A program made the position numbers and the translations under genes. Below are positions 18,419 through 28,231 of a DNA stretch of 64,000 nucleotides, in pieces. Position 1 is the stretch's first letter; each line of letters begins with the position of its first letter. The notes beneath the pieces are model-generated. The model saw only the letters and a program-made list of their open reading frames with translations, did no database searches and was not told the origin of the DNA. This stretch comes from Bacteroidota bacterium (GTDB lineage Bacteria > Bacteroidota > Bacteroidia > Cytophagales > UBA9547), in contig RDZG01000067.1 of assembly GCA_004293915.1 (NCBI GenBank), positions 9,401 to 73,400 on the forward strand, written 5' to 3'.

Positions 18419-18441
18419 TAACATTTAATTATTTTCAAGAT
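18419..18441. repeat. Direct repeat, right copy, overlapping the last codons and stop of the prephenate dehydrogenase-like gene
   Basis: The reverse complement reads CTTGAAAATAATTAA, which is L E N N stop of ORF 18425..19165. Confidence 0.85.
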
Positions 18442-19165
18442 TCAAATCATGATTCAAATCGTTTAATTTGTTTAAAAATTCGAGTCTAACGCTTTTTGCA
18501 AATGGATTATCATTTTGAATCGCCAAAAACAAATCGTCTGAATCGCCAGCCAATAGATTTCTTACATCAATCAATTTTTCAAAAGCAATGGTTTTTTGGT
18601 CGGTATAAGGAATTTTTATACCAGCAACACCACGAGCTACAAAATGCGTAAGTGCCTGCACATAAGCCATTTGCTTGTCATGTTCTTCTGGTGTGCGTAC
18701 CATAACGTTGAGTTTCAATTTATTTGCCAAAAAATCAATAATACAAATTTGTTTTGTTGTACGAATCGGACAAATGACCATGTTTTTTCCTTCAATTCCA
18801 TCTTTTCCACTTTGAGGTCCAAAAAGCGGATGTGTAGCAACAATTTCGCAAGTTTGAGGCAAATATTTTAGCATCAACTCCACAGGTTTCATTTTTACCG
18901 AAGCCACATCAAAAACTATGGCTTTTGGGTTTATTATTTTTGCATTATTTTTTAATAATTCTTCAAAAAACGAAATACTGGTTGATAAAATAATTACTTC
19001 TTTTGACAAAGCTTCATCGAGCGAAACATACTTTACGTCTAATTTTGCAGCTTCTTCAGATTTATCAGAACGATTCCACACCGAAACATCAGAAAAATTT
19101 TGTGTAATATACGGTGTAAAAAATTGAGAAAAAGGTCCGAATCCGATAATTGCAATATTGTTCAT
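18425..19165 (-). CDS. Prephenate/arogenate dehydrogenase-like protein
   Basis: It has an N-terminal Rossmann-like IAIIGFGPFSQF and the segments DVASVK and VATHPLFGPQSG, which are typical of TyrA-family enzymes. Confidence 0.6.
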   Translation of the reverse strand: MNNIAIIGFGPFSQFFTPYITQNFSDVSVWNRSDKSEEAAKLDVKYVSLDEALSKEVIILSTSISFFEELLKNNAKIINPKAIVFDVASVKMKPVELMLKYLPQTCEIVATHPLFGPQSGKDGIEGKNMVICPIRTTKQICIIDFLANKLKLNVMVRTPEEHDKQMAYVQALTHFVARGVAGIKIPYTDQKTIAFEKLIDVRNLLAGDSDDLFLAIQNDNPFAKSVRLEFLNKLNDLNHDLNLENN

Positions 19166-19183
19166 TTGTTTGAGATTGGGTTT

Positions 19184-20584
19184 TTAAATTCCTTTAAATA
19201 ATTCAAAACTTTCCATATAATCTGGAACAGTAACATTCCAACCAAATTGATTACGAATATTTTGTGCAAATATTCCCATTGTTTCAACTTCGCCATGCAC
19301 AATAAATGTTTGCTTAGGTGCTGATTTAAAGTTCTTTAGCCATTTAAAAAGTTCTTTTTTATCGGCATGAGCCGAAAGCCCATCCAAATGCACAATATTG
19401 CATTTTACTTGAACCTCTTCTCCAAAAATTTTAGTTGTAGGTTCGCCATCTAATATTTTTCGTCCACGAGTTCCTTCGGATTGATAACCCACAAAAAGCA
19501 AGGTATCATTGGCTTTTGGCAAACGATTATATAAATGATGTAAAATCCTACCACCATTACACATGCCTGAAGATGAGATAATTATGGCATTCTTTTTGAT
19601 GTTATTTATCGAAATCGAATCTTGTTGCGAACGAAAATAGCGTATGTTTTGGAAATCAAAAATCGCGATGGCTTCATCCTGCATAGTATGAAAAGTTTTA
19701 TTTCTTTTATAAATTCCAGTTGCCGAAATCCCCATTGGACTATCAATGAAAATGGGTACGCTTGGAATTATTTTTTCTTCAATCAATTGTTTAAAATAAT
19801 AGATTAAAGTTTGCGTACGACCAACCGAAAAAGCAGGCACAAGCAAACAACCTTGTTTTTCAAATGCCTCATTTACAACCTCTCCCAAACGTTTTTTGGG
19901 GTTATCAGCAGGATTTTCTTTGTTTCCATAGGTTGATTCTACCATCAAAATATCGGCAGAAGATATGGCACTTGGATTTCGTAAAATGGGTTTATTATAT
20001 CTTCCCAAATCACCAGAAAAAACCAATTTTTTAGTTTGCGAATCACCTTTTATAACAATTTCAACAATAGCCGAACCCAAAACATGACCTGCATCGTGGT
20101 ATTTTATAGAAATCTGTGGCGAGATTTGTATGGTTTCTTTGTAGCCATAGCCATCTAGCATAGGCAACATATCGTTTACATCTTCAACAGTATATAAGGG
20201 AGCGGGTTTTTCGTGTTTTGAATAGCCCTTTTTGAATGCATATTCTGCTTCTTCTTCTTGTAATTTTGCCGAATCAAGCAGCATAATTTCCATCAAATCT
20301 TTTGTGGCTTGTGTGCAATATACTTTGCCTTTGTATCCTTCTTTATAGATGCGAGGCAAATAACCAGTATGATCGATATGGCAATGCGAAATCACAACGG
20401 CATCAATATTTTTTGGGTTTATCGGAAATTCTTCCCAGTTTTTGAGCCTTAAATCTTTCAAACCTTGAAATAAACCACAGTCTAACATCAATTTATAGCT
20501 TGTTTTGGCACTGTCTATCTCCAAAAGATATTTTGAACCTGTTACAGATTTGGCACCACCGAGAAATTTCAAACGTACATTCAA
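19184..20584 (-). CDS. MBL-fold metallo-hydrolase of the beta-CASP / RNA-metabolising type
   Basis: It carries the HxHxDH motif (SHCHIDHTG). The ~460-aa length and a C-terminal segment HGE... are typical of the beta-CASP family. Confidence 0.75.
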   Translation of the reverse strand: MNVRLKFLGGAKSVTGSKYLLEIDSAKTSYKLMLDCGLFQGLKDLRLKNWEEFPINPKNIDAVVISHCHIDHTGYLPRIYKEGYKGKVYCTQATKDLMEIMLLDSAKLQEEEAEYAFKKGYSKHEKPAPLYTVEDVNDMLPMLDGYGYKETIQISPQISIKYHDAGHVLGSAIVEIVIKGDSQTKKLVFSGDLGRYNKPILRNPSAISSADILMVESTYGNKENPADNPKKRLGEVVNEAFEKQGCLLVPAFSVGRTQTLIYYFKQLIEEKIIPSVPIFIDSPMGISATGIYKRNKTFHTMQDEAIAIFDFQNIRYFRSQQDSISINNIKKNAIIISSSGMCNGGRILHHLYNRLPKANDTLLFVGYQSEGTRGRKILDGEPTTKIFGEEVQVKCNIVHLDGLSAHADKKELFKWLKNFKSAPKQTFIVHGEVETMGIFAQNIRNQFGWNVTVPDYMESFELFKGI

Positions 20585-20743
20585 TGTATTAACTATTAGA
20601 AAGTGTATTTATTTTTTTGTGAATTAAATACGATTTATGATTATAAAATAATAAATCCAAAATTTTAATTTTTACAACTAGATTATATTTTTTTAAGAGC
20701 CTAATATTTACTCAAAAATTATACTTTCAATATGAAATGAAAA

Positions 20744-22030
20744 TCAAAAAACAGATTTCAAATTTATTTTTGTTTTATTTTTAGTCATCATTTTTTGAGT
20801 GTCGTCAAAGGCTTCTGCGATTTTTGTTTTTGCATTTTCATCAATAAAAGAAGGTAAAAACGAATCGGCTTTATGCCATTCAGCTGGAATAATAATGTGT
20901 TGTTTCTTTTTTGGGTTTGAGCCTCTATACACCCAAGTTGGCATAAATTCAATATTTTTCAAGCTAGTTTTATTGCTTTTTTTATTTTTTTCTAAAAAAA
21001 GTGATAAAATCACTCCAGCATCGGTGTATCTCCAATATTGATTCGAAATAAAATTCCCAAGTGAATAAGCAACAAAAACTGAATCTTTAACTATTGTATC
21101 GGGTTTGATAAATTCAACAGGACTAATCACATGTGGATGAGCACCAATAATAATTTTTGAACCACACATTCTTGCAATTTTTACCGCTTTGAGTTGCAAT
21201 TTGGTTGGTTCGCTAATGTTTTCTTGTCCAAAATGATAAAAGACCAAAACCTCATCAGCTCCTAATTGTTTAGCTTGATTGATTTGCGAACATATTTTTG
21301 CAGAATCTATTATATTGAGCAAATAACTGTGTTTTTTGGATGGCAAAATCCCATTTGTTCCATAAGTGTAATTTAAAATCGCCAATTTTATACCTTTTAG
21401 GTCGATTATTCTAATATAATCGTGATCTGATTGCGACTCAAACGTGCCTGTATATTCGATATTATTTTTTTTCAATATTTTTATTGTTCGCAACAAACCG
21501 CTTTCTTGTGTATCCATGCTGTGGTTATTAGCTGTAACTAATAAATCGAAACCAGTATTTTTTAATGCCAAAGCAAATGGATCGGGTGTATTAAAAGCGG
21601 GATAGCCAGCATAAGGATATTTTTCGCCAGCAAATGTAGTTTCTAAATTTCCAATCGTAATATCAGCATCTTCTAGATACGGTTTTATAAGTTCAAAACT
21701 AGGATTAAAATCATATTTTATGCTATCCGAAAGTTTTGCGTTTGTCATTTGGGGTTTATGACACATCAAATCACCAACAATATTTATTTTAATTTTTATT
21801 ACTGAATCTTCAATCGGTTCGGGATTGATAGTTATTTTATTAGATATACTTTTTTGTGGTTTCAGCGTAATATAATTGCTTTTGCAAGCATATATTAAAA
21901 TGGCTAGTAAACAAGCTAATATGAGTACAATGGAAGTAGTTTTTTTTCTCAAAACAGTTTTCAAATTAAAAAAATCTGCATCTTGAGCGTTAAAAAAAGA
22001 TTTATATGTTACTAAGTTTTTTAAAAACAT
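20744..22030 (-). CDS. CapA-family (PGA_cap metallophosphatase-like) protein, membrane anchored
   Basis: Motifs are NIVGDLMCH, IGNLETTF, TANNHSMD and IIGAHPHV. There is an N-terminal TM helix. Confidence 0.7.
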   Translation of the reverse strand: MFLKNLVTYKSFFNAQDADFFNLKTVLRKKTTSIVLILACLLAILIYACKSNYITLKPQKSISNKITINPEPIEDSVIKIKINIVGDLMCHKPQMTNAKLSDSIKYDFNPSFELIKPYLEDADITIGNLETTFAGEKYPYAGYPAFNTPDPFALALKNTGFDLLVTANNHSMDTQESGLLRTIKILKKNNIEYTGTFESQSDHDYIRIIDLKGIKLAILNYTYGTNGILPSKKHSYLLNIIDSAKICSQINQAKQLGADEVLVFYHFGQENISEPTKLQLKAVKIARMCGSKIIIGAHPHVISPVEFIKPDTIVKDSVFVAYSLGNFISNQYWRYTDAGVILSLFLEKNKKSNKTSLKNIEFMPTWVYRGSNPKKKQHIIIPAEWHKADSFLPSFIDENAKTKIAEAFDDTQKMMTKNKTKINLKSVF

Positions 22031-22053
22031 TTTAATTTTTGAGTTTAAATTGA

Positions 22054-23193
22054 TTACTGAATTTTATTTTTTTTAATTATAGCTGCAATTTCTTTTTTCA
22101 ACCAAGAATATTCTAAAACTGAAAAAGCTTTTTTGTAATTTTCTTCTGTTTTTAGTTTATTTTTTTCTTTTTCATAAACCATTGCTAAACCCCAATAAAT
22201 CAACCCATAATGATCAGAAGTTGTGAGTTTATTTTCATAACAAATTTTGAGTGCGTGATACAAATGAGCTTTTGCTAATTTCAAATCGCCATTCGATTTT
22301 ACTAAAATCAAACCTGTGAATAATTCGGCTGAAAAAATAAAGTTTTGTTTTTTGCTTTCATAAACAGGTTTCATTGCTGCTAAAGCTCTGTCGTACAATC
22401 CATTATAAAAAAGCGATTCGAAATATTGAACTCTAAATAATAAATTTTGTGGGTATTTTTTATTCAAAATTTCGACCCAAGGCAAGGCTTTATCGTGCTT
22501 ATTTTCATATTTTGTGTATAAATGTGGCAACAAAAAAGTACATTGAGGCTTAGAAAAAAGCCCTTTTTCGGCACCTAGTTCAAATTCCTTTATTCCAATA
22601 GCTTTGCTCCCTGATGGAAAAACAAACATAAAAGGTTTTATAAATGGAATGTTTTCTGGAATTTGCTCGACATAAAAATTAAACATACCGGTTGAATAAT
22701 GAAAATCGGGTACATTTTTTTTGAGTTCAAACCCACGTTTTATGAGTTGATATGATTGTTTAGCTGCACCAATTATTTTGCCATTTTCTTTGAGTTTTGA
22801 ATAAACCAAAACCATCGATGCATACGAAGAAAGCATATAAAAAGTAGCTTCGGCTTCGGTTTCTTTTACTTTTAATAAAGGTTCGCTCAGTTCTATTGTT
22901 TTTTTTATCAGTTTGGTATAATATTGAAATTGAGGATGTTGTGGATTCATGGGTATGATTTGCCAAAAATACGACAACTGCTCTAACATAAACGAAGATG
23001 GATCTGTAGGATATTTTTTTCGTAATTCTAAATATAATTTTTCGGCTTTTTCAAACTTAAAATCATAAATAGAATCTATACAAGCCACAATAAGTTCTTT
23101 GTCTTTGGCATCTTTTGTAATATTATATTGAGCATTTGTGTTTTGTATAAAAAAAGAAAAAATACATAAAAATAAAATTCGGAAGTTTTTCAA
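22054..23193 (-). CDS. Secreted TPR-like helical-repeat protein, unknown function
   Basis: It has a signal peptide (FLCIFSFFIQNTNAQ). The helical-repeat character is judged by eye only. Confidence 0.5.
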   Translation of the reverse strand: MKNFRILFLCIFSFFIQNTNAQYNITKDAKDKELIVACIDSIYDFKFEKAEKLYLELRKKYPTDPSSFMLEQLSYFWQIIPMNPQHPQFQYYTKLIKKTIELSEPLLKVKETEAEATFYMLSSYASMVLVYSKLKENGKIIGAAKQSYQLIKRGFELKKNVPDFHYSTGMFNFYVEQIPENIPFIKPFMFVFPSGSKAIGIKEFELGAEKGLFSKPQCTFLLPHLYTKYENKHDKALPWVEILNKKYPQNLLFRVQYFESLFYNGLYDRALAAMKPVYESKKQNFIFSAELFTGLILVKSNGDLKLAKAHLYHALKICYENKLTTSDHYGLIYWGLAMVYEKEKNKLKTEENYKKAFSVLEYSWLKKEIAAIIKKNKIQ

Positions 23194-23249
23194 TGCTTAA
23201 AACTAAAAATTAGTGGATTCAAATCTACAAAAAAATAAAAAATTTGGAA

Positions 23250-24188
23250 TTAGATAAGTGAAATTATTTTTTCATCAATCCAAAATTTTATACCAAAATC
23301 GAAACTCCAAAAACCAACATGACCACCAAATGGCAAATAAATACACGAAATAAGTTGGTTTTGGGGTTTAATAAATATAGAATTATTCAAAAAAGGGTCG
23401 TCTTTTGCTGAAATCAAAAAAGTAGGAATTGTAATTTTTTCTATAAAACCAATTGCAGAATTTTTTTGATAATAATCTTCGGCATTTGCAAAACCATTAA
23501 CTTTAGCTGTGTACCAATCGTCAAAAGCTCTAATTGTATTGATTTTATGTGCATTTTCAAAATCAAACTGCAAATTAAATTTTGTTTTCTTACGCTCAAC
23601 TTTATTTAATAATGATTTTAAAAATCTATTTTTATAAAAGCTAATTTTCTGATTATCAATTATATCTGCACAAATACTCAAATCAAGTGGCGTTGATATT
23701 GCTATACATTTTTTTATTAATATTGGTGTATTTTTACTCTTTTCACCCAAATATTTTAATGCCAAATTTGCACCTAAACTATACCCAATAATTGTTACAG
23801 ATTTGTAAGTATAATTTGTTGAAATATAATTAATTAACACTTCCAAATCAGCAATTTTTCCACTATGATAAGCATAAAGATTTTGATTATCTTCTCCACT
23901 ACATCCGCTGAGGTTTAATGCAAAAACATCATGTGTTTTTGAAGTTTTTTTGGCTATTCTTTTAATATAATGTGAGTTTGAACTTCCTTCCAACCCATGA
24001 ATCAAAACAACTGCATTTTGATTGTTAGAAATCAAGGTATCAATATCCAAAAAATCTTGGTCAGGTGTTTTGATACGAAATCTTATATAATTTACTTTTA
24101 TAAAATCAAAAATGGCAGGTATAATTGTTTGAATATGAGGGTTTTTGAATAAAAAAAATGGATTAAAATTTACATCAAAATTAATCAA
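23250..24188 (-). CDS. Alpha/beta-fold hydrolase, YheT-like
   Basis: It has the HGLEGSS motif and the nucleophile elbow GYSLGAN. Its start overlaps the upstream permease gene by 8 bp. Confidence 0.7.
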   Translation of the reverse strand: MINFDVNFNPFFLFKNPHIQTIIPAIFDFIKVNYIRFRIKTPDQDFLDIDTLISNNQNAVVLIHGLEGSSNSHYIKRIAKKTSKTHDVFALNLSGCSGEDNQNLYAYHSGKIADLEVLINYISTNYTYKSVTIIGYSLGANLALKYLGEKSKNTPILIKKCIAISTPLDLSICADIIDNQKISFYKNRFLKSLLNKVERKKTKFNLQFDFENAHKINTIRAFDDWYTAKVNGFANAEDYYQKNSAIGFIEKITIPTFLISAKDDPFLNNSIFIKPQNQLISCIYLPFGGHVGFWSFDFGIKFWIDEKIISLI

Positions 24189-25398
24189 AACGAATAGCTT
24201 TTATTGGCGATATTTTAGTAATTATAATTGCTGGAATAAATAAAACTAAAGATGTAATTAGTAATAATGCTGAGTTTAAAAACAGTACATACCACCAATT
24301 CCAAGCAATCGGAACACTGCTCATATAATAGTTTTCGGCATCGAGCGGTATAATTTTAAAATAATATTGTAAAGCACAAAATCCAATAGCTAAGATATTG
24401 CCAATGGCTAAACCTTTGATAATTAACGAAATGCCATTTAAAACAAAAATTTGTATAATCGACTGATTATTAGCACCTAAGGCTTTCAAAATACCAATGG
24501 TTTGGGTGCGTTCCATAATGATAATAATGAGTGAAGAAATCATATTGAAACATGCCACGATAATAATTAAAGTCAAAAAAATCTGTACATTTTGATCTAA
24601 CAAATTGAGCCAATCAAAAATATGAGCGTATTTGCTCACAATTGTTTCCATACCTAAATCATAATCCATCAAATTTAATACAAAATCAGAAGTTGATTTA
24701 AGTTGATTTACATCTTTTAACGAAATTTCGTAACCACCTGCTAGTGAGTCGCTCCAGTTGTTTATTTTGCGAAGCAATTTCAAATCAGCCATCAAAATAT
24801 TTTCGTCAAATTCTTCCATATCGGTTTCAAAAATGCCAACAATTTTAAGTTTGCGAACCCTTGGAGGATGTTGTGCAAAAAACACTACAATATCTTGGTT
24901 GAGTTTTAAGCCCAATTTTGAGGCCATTTTTTTGCTCAAAATCACTTCTTTTACATCAGATGTATCATTAAATTTTAAAAATCTACCTAATTTTATGTTT
25001 TTGGAAAAAGTGGATTGATTATATTTTGCATCAATTCCTTTTATTACAATTCCTTGCACTTCGGTTTTTGTTTTAATCAATCCTGGTTTAAAACTATAAG
25101 GCGTAATTTGCTCAATATTAGGATGTTCTGTGCATTTTTTTACAAATATCGGATTGATTGTAATTGGTTTTTCTTCGTAAGATTGGTTTAAATCATATTT
25201 ATTTAAAGTAATATGTCCGCCAAAACTGAATATTTTTTGTTCGATATTTTGCTTAAATCCAAAAAGAATTGAAAAAGTAATAATCATCACAAAAATTCCA
25301 GAAGCAACACCAGCAATAGTGATTTTGCTGACAATAGCCGAAAACGAACCATTGGTTGGCTGTTGAATACGTGATGATATAAAAGAGGAAAAAAACAT
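24181..25398 (-). CDS. FtsX/LolC/LolE-family ABC transporter permease
   Basis: It is 405 aa with one TM helix, a large loop and three C-terminal TM helices. GILKALGA is typical of FtsX-like permeases. Confidence 0.75.
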   Translation of the reverse strand: MFFSSFISSRIQQPTNGSFSAIVSKITIAGVASGIFVMIITFSILFGFKQNIEQKIFSFGGHITLNKYDLNQSYEEKPITINPIFVKKCTEHPNIEQITPYSFKPGLIKTKTEVQGIVIKGIDAKYNQSTFSKNIKLGRFLKFNDTSDVKEVILSKKMASKLGLKLNQDIVVFFAQHPPRVRKLKIVGIFETDMEEFDENILMADLKLLRKINNWSDSLAGGYEISLKDVNQLKSTSDFVLNLMDYDLGMETIVSKYAHIFDWLNLLDQNVQIFLTLIIIVACFNMISSLIIIIMERTQTIGILKALGANNQSIIQIFVLNGISLIIKGLAIGNILAIGFCALQYYFKIIPLDAENYYMSSVPIAWNWWYVLFLNSALLLITSLVLFIPAIIITKISPIKAIRFD

Positions 25399-25507
25399 AT
25401 CAAAATACAGCTTTTTAGGCTAAATCATAAATTATTAAACAAAAGTGTGATTTTTATTTTAATTTAGAGGTAAAAATATATTCCTTTATACAAAAATAGT
25501 TAAAAGC

Positions 25508-26443
25508 TTGACCGAAAAGAAAATCCAAATCATAGATGTATCGCCATTAGCCATTTTTGGTGTACAAAATTATAATATTAAAGAAATTGCAGCTCATTTT
25601 GCAGATGTCAAAATTTCGACTCGTGGCGATGAGATTTTTTTGCAAGGAAAACCATCAGACCTAAGTAAAATTACCGAAATCATAGAATTTATTACTGAAA
25701 AAGTAATCAAATTTGGTGAAATTTCTAAAGAAGATTTAAAGGAAATATTGACTCCAACAAAAGGCTGGGACGAAAATTTAGCTGTTGGTCCAAATGTGAT
25801 TTTGCATGGTGTAAAAGGCTTTCCAATAAAACCAAAATCGGCAAATCAAGCCAAATTAGTAAAAGCAATATTTGATTATGATTTGGTTTTTGCTCTTGGT
25901 CCGGCTGGTACAGGAAAAACCTATATGGCTGTGGCTATGGCAGTTAGAGCATTGAAAAGAAAAGAAGTAAAAAAAATAATTGTTACAAGACCAGCAGTTG
26001 AGGCAGGAGAAAGTTTGGGATTTTTGCCAGGCGATATGAAAGAAAAAATAGACCCCTATATTCGTCCAATTTACGATGCACTTTCTGATATGATAGAGTC
26101 TGACAAACTAAAAACATATGAAGAAACAGGAATTGTGGAGATTGCTCCCCTAGCCTACATGCGTGGTCGAACGCTTAACAATGCTTTTATTTTGCTCGAT
26201 GAGGCTCAAAATACCACTCCAATGCAGCTAAAAATGTTTATGACACGTTTGGGAAATGGGTCAAAAATGGTAGTAACAGGAGATGTTTCGCAAATAGATT
26301 TGCCAACAAAACAAAAATCGGGTTTGATTGATGCCTTAGAAATTTTGAAAGATGTGAAATCGATTACATCGGTTACACTCGATGCCAAAGATGTTACCCG
26401 ACATCCACTTGTAAGGGAAATTATTAAGGCTTACGACAAATAA
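25508..26443 (+). CDS. phoH: PhoH-family ATPase
   Basis: It has Walker A GPAGTGKTYMAVA and the LDEAQN and TGDxSQIDLP motifs. The start codon is TTG. Confidence 0.9.
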   Translation: MTEKKIQIIDVSPLAIFGVQNYNIKEIAAHFADVKISTRGDEIFLQGKPSDLSKITEIIEFITEKVIKFGEISKEDLKEILTPTKGWDENLAVGPNVILHGVKGFPIKPKSANQAKLVKAIFDYDLVFALGPAGTGKTYMAVAMAVRALKRKEVKKIIVTRPAVEAGESLGFLPGDMKEKIDPYIRPIYDALSDMIESDKLKTYEETGIVEIAPLAYMRGRTLNNAFILLDEAQNTTPMQLKMFMTRLGNGSKMVVTGDVSQIDLPTKQKSGLIDALEILKDVKSITSVTLDAKDVTRHPLVREIIKAYDK

Positions 26444-26449
26444 ATAATT

Positions 26450-27319
26450 ATGAAAGTTAAATCACCAATACAATTAATGTCTTTTTTGCACCAAACTTTT
26501 CCAGAAAAAAGTCGCACAAATATAAAATCCCTTTTAGCCAATAAATCGGTATATGTAGATGGAAAAATTATTACAAAATTCGACCATCAATTAATTGAAA
26601 ATCAAACGGTAGAACTCAAAAAAACAATAATAAAAGCACCTTTTAATCACACAAAACTTAAAATTGTTTTTGAGGATGATTTTATTTTAGTTGTAGAAAA
26701 ACGAGAAGGTTTATTGTCTGTTTCTACAGATACTAGCACCACTATTCCTACTGCCTATAATATTTTGAGCAATTATATAAAAACAAACGATCCAAAAGCA
26801 AAAATATTTATACTTCATCGCCTCGATAGAGATACTTCGGGTTTGTTGGTGTTTGCCAAAAGAAGAGATGTGCAAGAATATATGCAAATAAATTGGCAAA
26901 CAATTGTTTTAGAACGTAAATATGTTTTGGTAGTGGAAGGAATTATGGAGCAAAATGAAGGAACAATAAAAAATTGGCTGACAGAGAATAAAGCTTTAGT
27001 GATTTTTTCGAGTCCAAAAGATAATGGCGGACAATTGGCTATAACACACTATAAAGTACTGAAAACCAACGAAAAGTACAGTTTACTTGAAGTAGAACTC
27101 GAAACAGGACGAAAAAACCAAATCCGTGTACACATGCAAGATTTAGGACATTCAGTTTTAGGCGACAAAAAATATGGTGCAACACAAGATCCTATTGAGC
27201 GACTTGCATTACATGCCAAAGTATTGAGTTTTTTGCATCCAGATACAGACGAAGTAATGCGTTTTGAAACCCAAGTTCCGATTAAGTTTTTGAGTTTATT
27301 TTCAAAAATCAACGAATGA
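26450..27319 (+). CDS. RluA-family pseudouridine synthase with N-terminal S4-like domain
   Basis: It has the catalytic motif HRLDRDTSGLLVFAK and a C-terminal GRKNQIRVH. Confidence 0.85.
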   Translation: MKVKSPIQLMSFLHQTFPEKSRTNIKSLLANKSVYVDGKIITKFDHQLIENQTVELKKTIIKAPFNHTKLKIVFEDDFILVVEKREGLLSVSTDTSTTIPTAYNILSNYIKTNDPKAKIFILHRLDRDTSGLLVFAKRRDVQEYMQINWQTIVLERKYVLVVEGIMEQNEGTIKNWLTENKALVIFSSPKDNGGQLAITHYKVLKTNEKYSLLEVELETGRKNQIRVHMQDLGHSVLGDKKYGATQDPIERLALHAKVLSFLHPDTDEVMRFETQVPIKFLSLFSKINE

Positions 27320-28217
27320 TATTTCCTAGTTTGTGAATATGCTCGGGTTGCTGACCACCTCTTAGAATCGAATTGTTATTGAATTTTTGTCCCAAATCTG
27401 TAGTTTCAGTATTTTCCCAATCAGTTTCTTTAATTTGCCCAGTTTGCCCAAAAGCTGCGAGTGCATTTTTATAACAAACTAAGTTGATGATTTCGTTAGA
27501 AATACCTTTTTCGAGCATTAATTGAGCCGTTTTGGGTACAGCTAATGGGTCGCTTATTCCCCAATCTGCTGCACTGTTTACTATAATTCGCTCACTTCCA
27601 TATTGTTTCACAATTTCGACCATGCGTTCATTGCCCATTTTTGTGTAAGGGTAAATGGTAAAAGCAGCCCAAAAACCTCTGTCTAAAACTTCTTTTACCG
27701 TTTCTTCATTATTGTGATCGATAATTACAGAAAAGGAATTGATTTTTAGTTCTTCAACCACATCCATGCTTCGTGTTGTACCTCTTTTTTTATCACGATG
27801 TGGCGTGTGTACCTGTACAAGCGAATCGGTTTCTTTTGCCAATTCGAGTTGAAGCCTAAAAAATTTATCTTCTAAAGCTGTTTGTTCGTCATAACCAATT
27901 TCTCCTACGCCTAAAACACGTTCTTTACCCAAAAAAAGTGGTAAGATTTCCATCACTTGTTCGGCAAGTTCTTCGTTATTGGCTTCACGAGCGTTTAAAC
28001 CCATAGTGCAGTAATGTTGAATACCAAATTGCGAAGCCCTAAATCGCTCCCAACCAATCAAACTACTAAAATAATCTTTAAAACTACCAACCGAAGTGCG
28101 AGGTTGCCCAACCCAAAACGCAGGTTCTATTACAGCAACAATTCCAGCTTTTGCCATCGTTTCATAATCATCAGTGGTTCTACTAACCATGTGAATATGA
28201 GGGTCTATAAATCTCAT
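27309..28217 (-). CDS. TatD-related metal-dependent hydrolase
   Basis: It has N-terminal IDPHIHM and later HTPH/IDH metal-ligand-like motifs. It converges on the rluA-like gene with an 11-bp overlap. Confidence 0.55.
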   Translation of the reverse strand: MRFIDPHIHMVSRTTDDYETMAKAGIVAVIEPAFWVGQPRTSVGSFKDYFSSLIGWERFRASQFGIQHYCTMGLNAREANNEELAEQVMEILPLFLGKERVLGVGEIGYDEQTALEDKFFRLQLELAKETDSLVQVHTPHRDKKRGTTRSMDVVEELKINSFSVIIDHNNEETVKEVLDRGFWAAFTIYPYTKMGNERMVEIVKQYGSERIIVNSAADWGISDPLAVPKTAQLMLEKGISNEIINLVCYKNALAAFGQTGQIKETDWENTETTDLGQKFNNNSILRGGQQPEHIHKLGNIIR

Positions 28218-28231
28218 TTTAAGGCAATTAT

